Source: Podarcis erhardii (taxonomy: Eukaryota). Taken from it: a stretch of DNA of 64,000 nucleotides. The stretch is taken from assembly GCA_964252035.1 (NCBI GenBank), contig OZ176201.1; one strand, written 5' to 3'. Made by a program: the position numbers and the translations under genes. The notes beneath the pieces were generated by a model. It ran no database searches. It was given only the letters and a program-made list of their open reading frames with translations, and was not told the DNA's origin. Below, piece by piece: positions 37,610 through 49,724 of the stretch (positions within the stretch are counted from its first letter, which is position 1; every line of letters begins with the position of its first letter).

Positions 37610-40600
37610 TCTATAAATAAGCACAGAGGATGCATATAACCATCATAACCAGTCAACATTAATTCTTCTTGCATTCTTTTCACTTTTAGAGTTAAGCTGC
37701 CTACTAAGCCAGGACTCATGGGATAATGAAATGTTGTCATCCCACCTTTTGAAAACTTAATTCAACATTTAGAGCTTAGCTGTTTGCTGAACCAGAGCCT
37801 ACACAATTCAGATTATTTCTCATTTAAGTCTTTAAGATAAGCTTGACATTTGAGCTATCGCATCTTTGTCAGTCATACTAGTCAGTCTCCAGTGATACAG
37901 CTCATGACAATCAAAATATCTGTGAATATATATTTTACTGGGGTTGCATGGCTGTTGTTGGGGAAATCTAATATGTTTCAGCAGCAGGTATGTATAAGAA
38001 CATTCAGTACTCATTGTTTACTTATTTTTGTCAGTTCCCTTATTAAATCTAGGTTTTCCCTCTTGAGGTGGACTTTTTTCTTTTCTTGTTGCTTTGCATT
38101 TGAAACATTCATATTTTCAATGACACAGAGGTGTGATTCAAAGCTCAAAAATAGTGAATGAATGTGACACTTGGAAATAAAATTAAAGTCCAGCCTTGTG
38201 TTTATGGTCTAGGATTGTTGTTTCTCTTTCTATCTCTATCACTAAGATGTTCATAGTCATACATTTAGAAGTCCCAGAATCCATCTGTCAACAATGCTAG
38301 AACATGCTGGGATATGCCTGTCCAAAGACAGGTCGGTCAAGCCAGTTCACTAAATATGTCACAATAATTTCCAAACACTAATCTCTCTCTGTGTCAATGT
38401 ATTGAAAGATACAGAAAAGACTAAATCTTCTGTCAAGCTAGATATTGATTTAGAATGTGACCATTTAACAGTGAAGGAGTAACAGAAGGAATTTACATTC
38501 TTTTAAGATCAACAGCTTTTTGTTACACAGGAAGCTATACTTTGTCAAAGGAGACAAAGTTTATGAGCTCAAGAAACACAATTTACCAGTATCAGAGATC
38601 ATTTGCCTAAATGTATCTTACATATTTTTCACAAGTAAGCATTATTTTAGTTTTTGTGGTATGTGTATTCATATACCTTGTATGTGTTGATTTGTCTTCA
38701 TGTTCTAAAACAATCCTGTGTCATTTTATATGGTTATGGCTTACTACTTATAGGAGTCTCCCCACCACCGCTAGTGTGCTATGTGCATCATTTTCATATC
38801 TATATTTTATCACAGTGTATATTTTAAAAAGTTGTGTATGACTGGCTGTGGAACGAGCAACGATTCTGAATTCTAAGCATATTGCATTCATTTAGTGATA
38901 ATATAATTATAAGGGTTTAAGCTGCAACAATATCATCATCATCATCATCGATTAAATTTGTATACCACCCTTCATCTGAGGATCACTGGGCAATTTACAA
39001 TATTAAAACACACACAAAAATACCATAGCAACAATCACAAACAAAACTCCCAGTTTAAAAGGTGATATATTGTTTAATTAACCAAAGCCTAATTTATGCA
39101 CTTTTCATTCAACCCTTTCTCCTCAACAAAGGGTGGTAATGCTTGTATGTATGTACAACCCGCCTCACAAGTTGTGTTACAGAAGTGGTGGGGACATGCA
39201 AACTCTCAGAACTCCCTAACTATGCAAGGAGGAAGAACCATTGTGGCTCACACAGTGTTACATTAGCACCTCACAACTGTCAGTTAATGTTGTCCAGCTT
39301 TTCCTCCATTCTTTGGGTCATTCTATTAGCCAAATTCTATGGATCCTTAAGTCCCACTGAATTCAATGGGGCTTTTGCCAATAAAGTGTGTGCAGAGCTG
39401 CAGCTCAGGTTCTGCTGCTATGCGTTTCCTCACAAGTCCTTTTCATTGCTTCTAAAATTCCACATCAGTGTTCTCGTGTGCATTAATTTGAATCACCTGT
39501 ACATTTCAATGGTCTCAATTATTCTTCCGATGACTGTGTTCTATTAATAGTTTTGTCCTCATGTGAGATTCCATATTTGTGCATTATTAAATTGCCCCAG
39601 CACCGTACACAGAACCACTGGTAGTTTGTGAAGATTGTTACAGCAAAATGCTTACTTTTTTGGTTTGTTCATTCTTAGAGTTTGTGGGGGGAAACAGAGG
39701 TCAGCAGTACCTGAATTTTCAACCCCTTTGGTGAATACTGTAGTTTGTAATGTGGCTTTCCTTTAGAAATCCTCCTTGATTGACCACACCTTGCCTTCTG
39801 TTATTGCCATGGTGGCTTGCATTGTGATGACATATGATGTTGCCATTTGAGTTTGCATTGCTGCTGCTGCTGTTTTTAATCAGTGATTCAATTTTGTTCA
39901 GTTGATAACTTTATTCCACAAGGTGATATGAAGCAACACTTCTGAAGCCCACAAAATCAGAGAAATTTTGAACCAAGGTTTGATCATCTATCTGAAGCAG
40001 CTAAATACGATGAGCAGGAAAACAGTCCCCAGCATGTAGCAGATTTTCTGATCAAGAGACCACAACTATCCCTTTGCATTTCTCCTCCCTTCTCTACGAC
40101 AGCTCTTCTTGGGCAGTGGCTGATTTGGGCCCTGTTTACATTTTCATCTGTGAAATAATCTTATTTCCTGAAGTCAAATACCAAAGGTATGACAAATGAG
40201 AGCATCTGTGCAAGTGCAGAGCTCCTACGCTTTAGAAGCTGCAAGCACGTGCACCAAGATATGATCACAAAAACAGGGAACCCCTGAATAGTTCTCATCC
40301 ATTTTTTGACTGAGCTGTGTCACAGGGGATGTCTAGCAGATATGTCAGCGCAATGTTTTGGAAATCACACCGGAGGTCAGATGCAGTTCCAAGAAATCTT
40401 TGTCCTGTTTATGACCAGATGTGTTTCTGGCCTTTATGAAGGACCACGGAAAGCCTCATCCTTGTTCCCCCACCCCCCGAAGGCCTTTCTGTTTTTAACA
40501 TTTGACAGGGAAGGGGAAATACGACAGGCTTTAATAAATTCCTAAAATCCAGGAGAGGATGTCCTAGAATCTTTGAACTGGAGTGGATGGGAAAGCAGAC

Positions 40601-41600
40601 TTAAACGTAATACTCTTTTCTCAGCTGAAGAAGGAAATTCACTGCCTTTGTATTTTTTATAGCAACAGAAAGTCAGAGTCCCCAGTCTGCTGAGACAAAG
40701 GATAAGAAGTTGTGGGGGAAGAGACCACCTGCCAGAATTGAGGTTCCAGAATATCACCATCTGAACCATAACAAGTCTAAAGGGAAAGTGACGGGATGAT
40801 CCTTTCTGGGACACAAAACTGGACTTAGATGTAATCTGGGTGGAAGTGTATGAAACCACTGGCTCCTCTGGAGCTTCAAGACATCTGCAGAATGATTGAA
40901 TTCTTGGCATCAGAGTGACTTCACTGTAGTGTTATCACTGCATGTAGACAGACTTTCAGTTTGCTCAATTAATGTTCACGAAGCTGGGGCTGGGGCCTCT
41001 GCTGCTGTAGCTCATTGATGGCAAAATCCCCACAACTTTCTGTTTGTGCTTTTCAGAGCAGAAGTTTATTTCTTCTTTTTCTTCCCTCCTCCTTTTTTTT
41101 CTCTTTCCTGCATTTTCAAGCATGCTGGGGCCTCGTGCCACCAAGTCAGTGCTATCGTACACATGTGTTGCAGGAGCAGATTTAGGGAAACTGGAAACCG
41201 GACTTTTTAAAAAAACTGGGAAAATTACAATACTAAAGTTGCAATATTAGTATGCCTGTAAGTCCCACTGGATTCAACTGGCCTTACATCTGAGTAAGCC
41301 TGCATAGGACTGAGGTTCACACCAGCTCCTTTCTTCTTTTAAGTCAGATGGCTTGCTTTGGGAAAAGGCTCTCTGTGCTTGCTGGGCACTCAGAATTTTG
41401 CCCCAAGCATGATATAGTAAAAACAGAGAAGAGAATGTGGCATGACCGGGGTGGAGTGAGACAAGGAGATTTTTAAGCAAAGGATTAGAATGTCTGGGTA
41501 AAAAAAAGAAGAAGAACCAATTAAATAATTAACCATTACTTGATTTTAATTTTAATGATCTACATTTAACAAAATCAAATAATTTTACAATGAAGTGGAA

Positions 41601-41740
41601 AGGGCTGCAGATCATTGGGAGTCATGCAGGAAGTTCAATCTCTGGAATCTCCAGGTAGGCTGAAATGGACCTGCCACCCCATATCGCCTGAAACTGCTGC
41701 TGCCAGTCACAATACAGAGCAGAAGGCAGCTTCCTATGTT
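41601..41740 (+). mobile_element. tRNA-derived SINE, second family, diverged
   Basis: gttcaatctctggaatctccaggtagg ... gctgctgccagtca ... aaggcagcttcctatgtt. Confidence 0.65.
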
Positions 41741-41897
41741 GCATTTATTGATTATTGTAGAAATGACTTGTGGCTCCAAAATATCAAATAGGCATTAAAA
41801 TCTGGATTGCTCCTGCAATGTTTATTTCTCTCTCTTTTACGACAGATGCATTCCCATTGCTTTCTATGCAAATAGCACTGTTCTACTATTGCTATAA

Positions 41898-42262
41898 GGG
41901 ACACAGGTGGCGCTGTGGGTTAAAGCCTCAGCACCTAGGACTTGCCGATTGAAAGGTCGGCGGTTCGAATCCCTGCGGTGGGGTGCGCTCCCGCTGCTCG
42001 GTCCCAGCGCCTGCCAACCTAGCAGTTCGAAAGCACCTCCGGGTGCAAGTAGATAAATAGGGACCGCTTACCAGCGGGAAGGTAAACGGCGTTTCTGTGT
42101 GCAGCTCTGGCTCGCCAGATGCAGCTTTGTCATGCTGGCCACGTGACCCGGAAGTGTCTCCGGACAGCGCTGGCCCCTGGCCTCTTAAGTGAGATGGGCG
42201 CACAACCCCAGAGTCTGTCAAGACTGGCCCGTACGGGCAGGGGTACCTTTACCTTTACCTTT
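41898..42262 (+). mobile_element. Sauria SINE, full length (copy B)
   Basis: Starts gggacacaggtggcgctgtgggtt, B-box ggttcgaatcc at 41962-41972, (accttt)n tail. TSD tactattgctat at 41884-41895 and 42262-42273. Confidence 0.95.
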
Positions 42263-42898
42263 ACTATTGCTATGGAAATAATTTTCGTATTTGCATATGA
42301 TTTACCTTTAAGCTTTCTTTTCCCCCAAGCATGTATTGCAACTTTATGTTGCAAATACTAAGAAGAAAGAAAACAACAAATGCTTTAAATAGACAAGAGA
42401 CTGCAAATATATAACTGTAGCTTGTTAGCAATTCTGAGGGATTTCACAATGATGATATACAAAACACACTGAATAGCTGTCTAGTCTAACTTGTCTAGTC
42501 ACAAGTAATCCCTACTGAGGCAAATGGGACTTACTCCCAAGTTATTCAGTGTAGAAATTGCAGTGTCGTAGTGACATCATGACTTGGAAACAATGCTTTT
42601 TCAATTGGGGTAACACACTGTTAACTGTGGGTATTATTGATTTTTAAATTATTTTAACCCAGCTGGAAAAGCATTGCTTCCAAGGCACCAGATCACTACA
42701 ATACTTGTTCTTACCTCAAATTTAACTGCAACCATTTATCTTTTGAAAGCATATTTCAGGAGTGCTGTTTGTTACCATGGAGATATAATATACTGTAATG
42801 TCACGAGCTTTTTCTCAGTGAACTGTGCTAATTTGTTTTAAAATGTTATAAACCCTTAAAGGTTGGGCTTTCCTTTAAGACCGTTGTAGCCATTTGAC

Positions 42899-42941
<43 letters not shown>

Positions 42942-42942
42942 A
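42899..42942. repeat. (GAAA)n microsatellite
   Basis: Seen directly. Confidence 0.95.
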
Positions 42943-44260
42943 CTTGAGCAAAGTGTATTTAATCTGGATATATCAAAATTATGAGCCTGCCAGTCTTGTC
43001 TCTGTTTTCCATAGAAAGAAACCCAAGGAAGCAGACTGTTCCATGGTCGTGCAGTGAGCTGAGGTTCAGCTCACTATAATTCAAAATGCTGTTCATAGAA
43101 GAAAACTGGTTAAGGCTTGGTCTTATTTCCTTTCACAAAACTCAAATCTCTGTGCATGTGAGAAGGAGCAGCAGCTATTGATTCCCTGAGGGGAGCAAGC
43201 TGAGCAATGATTCTTTACTGAAGCCTCAAAATTTGGCTGAGAATCTCTGGAGCAGACATTTAGGAGGAAGATTGGCATCCTTAATTAAAAGTTTAGCCTG
43301 CATTAAGCCAACTTGCCGCCTTTCCATATGTTAAATTCCACTGCTCCCCAATAGGTTTATATTGGCAAGTGGAGCCTGAGTGCATTCATGGTTCATATCA
43401 TTCATCATTTTTTCATCAAAAGCATGGAAATCCTTTCCCCAGTGTGCAGAGCAGTTTTACAGAAATACTATAAAACTCGACAGGGGCTCTGTTTCAATAG
43501 AATTACATTGGTATCAGTAGCCTGGTAAATATCAGAGTTGAAATTAATCAAAGGGGCTTATGGAACCAATTCCAAATATATTATACAACAAAACAGGTTT
43601 TACATAGAAAGGTCATTTGGAACTTCCCTATTAACCTCACTCTTTTTAAGAAGATGGGGGTGGATATGGAGGAGTGAGGAAATAAAAATAATGCAATGGT
43701 TTATCTAGGAGGACAGGAAGGTGAATGTTCCTGTTTCACCTCCTGCTTCAGGAACTCTTTGAGAAAGCTGCGCAAGGTGAAAATCATATTTGTCTCCAGT
43801 TTCTAAGGCCCAAATCTAAAACTTCAGCTGAGCCTACCTTTTTTTAAGGCCCCTTTTTATAAACAAACCAATAATGCATAATATGTAAACAGGATGTGGA
43901 ACATTTGCTAGTGGCACAGATTCAGCATATGCAGCAAGAAGCAGTCTCATGCTTGCAACTGTCCACCTACACTGCATATGTTTCCATAGGGTTCCATATT
44001 TACGTAGACAGCTGCCCAACAGCATGTCCAGTACTTCAACAGAACAGATTGGTACTAGAAGTTGTGTAGCCATTCCTGGATCAATGCTATAAATGTATTT
44101 GACCACAGAAAGGGTTCTGCATGAAAACATTCTTCTAAACAGAACAGACAGAGCGGAAAAATAGAGTTGCTTATTTTGAGGTAGATGTTCAATGAACAGT
44201 TTGACTGTTGAGAATACAATGTAAGATTAAAATAGGCACTTAGGTTGCAACACTAATATA

Positions 44261-44519
44261 CCGTATTTTCTGCTCTATAAGACTCACTTTTTCCCTCCTA
44301 AAAAGTAAGGGGAAATGTGTGTGCGTCTTATGGAGCGAATGCAGGCTGCGCAGCTATCCCAGAAGCCAGAACAGCAAGAGGGATTGCTGCTTTCACTGCG
44401 CAGCGATCCCTCTTGCTGTTCTGGCTTCTGAGATTCAGAATTTTTTTCCCCTTGTTTTCCTCCTCCAAAAACTAGGTGTGTCTTGTGGTCTGGTGCGTCT
44501 TATAGAGCGAAAAATACGG
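44261..44519. mobile_element. Tc1/mariner MITE, 259 bp, with internal long hairpin
   Basis: TIR ccgtattttctgctctataagac / gtcttatagagcgaaaaatacgg (23 bp, 2 mismatches), TA on both sides. Internal perfect 25-bp inverted repeat at 44360-44384 and 44406-44430. Confidence 0.92.
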
Positions 44520-45574
44520 TATTTACTTACTCAGGAGTAAGCCCAACTGAACTCAATAGGATTTATTTCTAAGTTGTATAGCATGTATAGGATTCTGGGG
44601 TTAGTTTCCCTTTTAATTTGGAAACTGTGCTAGAAATTAATCCTCTTGGGGAGATGGGGCAGGGACAGCTGCCAGGAGAGAGAGGGAGAAAGAAAGAACA
44701 GGAGCTTTAGGTCATTTCTAAGTCCCAATAGTACCACTCTAGTGATAACGCAACTCTTTCTTGCATTAATTTTATGGGACATGATTTATATCCTTCATCT
44801 GTCAAACATGATGCCTTCTTGAACCACTGGCATTTCATTTCTGCCTTTGACCACCCAGTAGCGTACAGCAGCCTGGCTCCTTTTCTACTTCCAGGCTGCT
44901 TCAGTAGGCCTTGGCATGATCCCAACCCTGCCACTTCATGTGATATTCCCTACTCAATCTGTCATCTCTTTTCCTGTTGTGTGGCTTCTTTCCAAGTTGC
45001 AGTAAGGAGCTCATCACACTTGCTGGTCTAGCAAAAGGTTTTCTTTCCTTTCCTTTTTCCATTTGCTTAGTATTGGCTTCTCTGAATGGTGCAGAGCTGA
45101 GGGTACCCGGTTAAAATTTTCTATACAAAAAGCTAGCAGGACAGACAAGTGACAAAGCAGCATAATTCTATAAGTGATAAAGTTGCAATTTATTTAAAAA
45201 TTATTTAATTTGATCATTTTAGATTCTTAAGAAAAGTATTACCCATTTCATTTGTCTTTTGTTTCCTCCAATAAAAATGTTCACATTCCATTAAATTGTT
45301 TACTTTTGTTTGTTTTTGCCCGCTGATTTTTAAAGAAAGATGCTGAAATTGCATGATTATTTTTTTCCTATCCTTCATTAATTTAATGTTTTAAAGGTCA
45401 TGGAACTATCTTTTTTGAAATTACTCTGTTCATGTGCCATTCACTTATGAAGCTTTTGCAGGAAAAGAGCTCTTCCTTTTTGAGCTCCCATTTGTACCTA
45501 CAAAGACTACAATGTTACTTTCAGATCAAAAACTGAAATTAAACGTTCTGTCAACTAGGATTTTGTTAAAACAC

Positions 45575-45575
<1 letters not shown>

Positions 45576-45610
<35 letters not shown>
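45576..45610. repeat. (CAA)n microsatellite
   Basis: Seen directly. Confidence 0.95.
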
Positions 45611-48332
45611 GACCATAAATTTTCAATTTTTGAACATCTATCATGTATCTGTTTTTAAAAGGAAGAAAAACTGTTTGTACATATGGAGAATTAAAATACA
45701 TATACAACTTCAGAAATAAACAAATCAAATTTACTTTTCCAGTGTACCTTCAAAGTAACTCAATCTTTCTGTGTTTTCTTAACTGTGAATCTATTGCCTA
45801 TTCAGAAATACCAGCTCAGATAGTATGGTGAAGTGACAGATGGAAAGCGCAGGGATGAAGGAAAGCAGTTTAGCACAGCATGTCTGTTAGAGTAAATGGA
45901 TGAAATTGCATTATTATGGACAAACACCCTACACAGCCTCTTTACAGAATGCCAGGAGTTACTTCATATTAGCCAAAAAATACTTGCAAGAATTATGAAC
46001 TTTGCTGCATGCTTGGTTGGCAGGCAGTTACTCACTTTTACTCTCACAAGGCATTGACATTTCATTAGATGCATTGATTTAAATGTATTAAATGCAAGTG
46101 CAAATGAATCAGGACTAAATGGTTGAAAGAATCAAGTCTTATGGAGAAACATTCTCAGCTATATAGGATGGAAGATGAGTTGCTGGTAAAGCTGATGGCA
46201 AATGCAGAAAGTGGGTTAATTTCTTAATCTGAATTGTGTCCAAACCTCATATTTCTACGAAGTTCAGCCTACTGGCAGATTATCTGATGAAGTGGAAATT
46301 AATACTATTATCAATAGAGATATGGCTCAGACTGTTAGAAGGTAACTTTTCACAAAACTGTTTTAGCACAATTGTTTTAAAATGTCCCAAAAGCAAAACA
46401 TCAAGAGCACAAAAGATGAGGGCCCTAGATAGACAAGAGTACTCTTTGACAAAGCCCATGCCTCAGAAGAATTCCCCCTCGTGCAAAATACCACACCAGT
46501 CAGTTTGCATTAAAAAACAGAAAGCAACCATAAGAAACCACAGCAAAATAGTGTTGAGCTGCTATTGAGCCAGGGCTTTCCAACCTGTAGCCTAGCGCTG
46601 CATTCTCTTTACATCCATTAGCCTTGACAGATGTGTTTGCTGTGGCTCACATGGCTAAAAGGTAAGAAAAATCCACCAACGTGTTGCTCTCACATTCTGA
46701 AATCAAGGGAGGTTCATACGCCAAATCATAAACTTCAACAGAAAATATTTTCCAGACTTTTGGCAAACTTCACAAAACAATATTCACAAAGCAAACAGTC
46801 AGCCGGATGTAAAGGAGACAAACATTTAGTTACGGTTTTTATAGTTATGGATTAAATATTCTGCGGCTGATGGAACTTGAGCGATGCAGTGTCAGACTCT
46901 GAATTAGCAAAGTATAGGGGGTCCCCCACAACTCTTGCAGTCTTATGTTCAGTGCTCTATCCTTCATCAGTCATCAGGCCCTGGGTGGTACAGCATGATT
47001 AAGATCTATGTTTTATAATGTCTGTCCCACTGCATGGAAATTTAATCACATCCATAGAGTCAGGAGCACAGGTTATGTTGGGACGAGACTTTTGTTTCAC
47101 TGGGCCACAGACAAGTTTTAAGTGGTGATCCCCATTGCACTAGCCACCACATTAACCTGGTCCACGCTGAATAGTTTCCACCTGCTTAGTTAAAAACTAA
47201 ACAAAACTAAGCAGAGTTTTGGAAATCTTGCACAAAGATGACATCATTGTTTTTTAAAGGAACAAAATGAAACAACTTGAATTCTTTGCAGTCCATCTAG
47301 AAGAGAGAATGTCAGTTGAAAATTGTAATACTAGCAACATTCATTGCACAGTCAAATGTAAATAGGTTTCTATTAGGGTAACAAGGAAAAAAACAAGGTT
47401 GCTGTTGTGTCAGTAGAAAAACGGATATTGGGCAGCACTGATAATTTTTTTTCAGAGGAGGAGAGAAGGGTATTACTTTTTAAAGCAAATGAATGAAATT
47501 AAGCCCACTTTTATGAGGACATTAATAAGCAAACCATTCAACAGAAACTTTGAGTACAGTACTTTAGAAGTGGTTCCTTAAAATCAAGGAAGCTAAGAGG
47601 CAAATGTTTTATTTAGTTATGGAGCTTCTAAACTGACCTTCTTGTAAATAGAATCCAGAGTAGTTTGCAAAAATTAAATAATCAACCAGTAAAATGCAAT
47701 TAAAATTTTAAATCCTACACCAACATTTCTAAAAACCCTCACAAATGAAGAGATAAAACAACCCAAGGTTTATGGATAATCTAATTAATTCTACAAAAGA
47801 CAAAGGAATTCAAAGGTGTCTGGGCAATATTCAATGACCACATTCTGTCCGTGCAAGGATTTCCACTTGTGCAATAGGTGTCCACCCTCTCTCCTCCCCC
47901 CACATGCACACTGCACCCTTCCCAAATAAGCTCCAGAGGGTTGAGGGAATCCCTATAACAGATTTAGGTGCATTGAGTTAGAAGGACTAGTGGTATATTG
48001 TTGTTCTGATGGTGTATAGCAGGAAGCCAATGAACCTGCTATCTTCCTGAAGATTTCTGAAGATATGGGTGCTGTTTTCCCTCTGAACCTGATTCTAGCT
48101 GGTAGTAGATGTATGACATCCAAATCCAAGATCCAAATCTTGTTTTGCTTGAAGAAGTGCCAAGTCCTTGAAGCAGCCATATGCTTATTCGAACCCAGTT
48201 GTCAGCCTAGTCAACATTTTGCATCCTCAACAACGACCTAGACCTATGGTAGTTCTGTGGGCATTGGCAGGTGGGGAATGTCACTAAATAAATGGTGGGG
48301 GAAACCCATAGCCACAGAAAATTCTGCAGATA

Positions 48333-48574
48333 CAGTGGTACCTTGGTTCTCGAACGGCTTAGTTGTCGAACACATCGGTGCCCGAAGGCCGCAAACCCAG
48401 AAGTAAGTGTTCCAGTTTGCGAACGTTTCTCGGAAGCCGAACATCCGATGCAGTTTCCACTTGAGTGCAAAAAGCTTCTGCAGCCAATCAGAACCCACGC
48501 CTTGGTTTTCAAACAATTTTGGGAGCCGAACAGACTCCTGGAACGGATTGAGTTCGAGAACCAAGGAACCACTG
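48333..48574. mobile_element. Tc1/mariner (pogo/Tigger-like) MITE, 242 bp
   Basis: TIR cagtggtaccttggttctcgaac / gttcgagaaccaaggaaccactg (23 bp, 1 mismatch), TA on both sides. Confidence 0.92.
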
Positions 48575-49543
48575 TATTTCCTTATTTGTGTGTGTTGCGG
48601 GGGGGGGTGTGTTTTCTTTTTTAAAAAATATTCTGAGAAATGTTGGTTTACCTCTAGTTCTTGTACCTCTTTCTCTCTGCATCTCTCTTGCCCCTTCATC
48701 TGTATTAGGAAAGGGGCCATGTGTTAAGCTTTCTCTTTGTTGCGTGCAGCCTTTGTTACTTAGCTGAGTTACTTACTCAGAATTAAATTGTCAGCTTCAT
48801 TACCAAACATACTTTCCCAGTGCTCTGCCAGCAATTTGCCAATAAGCATGCTATCCCCCTCAGGAAAGCAGAGCAGCTTGAAAAATATTAAAACTGTGTT
48901 GTGTCACAGTTGCTTCCCTCCCAACTGCGGGCTTGGTTTTCTTTCCTCTTTCAGATCTGCCTGCTCTTGTGGATTCCAAACCTGCCAAGCAATGATGTCA
49001 AGAGATCTTTTCTCTCGCCCCCCCCCCTTACTTAGTGCCCACATTCAGTGATGTGGCTGTTTCACCCTCCCCTGCTGCTGAAATTCCAGCTTATTCAAAA
49101 GGTTCAGGCTGTTCTGAGTGGCCCACATTAGTTGGGCATGTTTCCTTTCTATCAGATGAATGAGGTGGGTGCACAATACATCTGCCTCCCACAGACATAC
49201 ACTTAGCTGAAATGCAAGGCCTTGCCCACAGCAGAGAGAGAGAGATTGGAGAGCATAAGCAGGGGCACTGTATATGGCTACAGTTATTCCATGAATTTCA
49301 AATATTGGCTTCTATTGCCATATTCCTGAGATTCTCAGCTTTCACTTCTAGCCCTCCTGGTTCCAAATATAACATTTTAAAAGCAAAAGGCAACATCTGC
49401 TAAAAGCTCTGAGACGGGGTGGGGGTGTCTCAGAGGAGCTTCCAGCATGCAAGCTTCTTGCAGTTTCCCTGTTCACAGTTCCCTGTCTTTACTATACACA
49501 AAAACACATTCCTAATTTACCTCCCATACCTCACTCCTCCTTA

Positions 49544-49724
49544 GGAACATAGGAAGCTATCTTATACCAAGTCAGACCATTGGTCCATCTAGTCATGTAC
49601 TGTTAGTACTGACAGGAAGCAGCTCTCCATGATTTCAGGTAAGGAATCTTTTCCAGTTCTACGTAGAGATGCCTAAATGCCAGAGATTAAACCAGAAACC
49701 TTCTGAATGCACTGATCTACAGCC
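49544..49724 (-). mobile_element. tRNA-derived SINE, second family
   Basis: Plus strand ggaacataggaagc...agtcagaccattggtccatctag...agagatgcc is the reverse complement of the same family body and tail. Confidence 0.7.

Noticed and set aside
48244-48720. 158-aa ORF with a repeated ENQGTTV motif as a possible transposase
   Set aside because: The repeat is the translated TIR of the 242-bp MITE; no DDE/DDD motif, and the element is too short.
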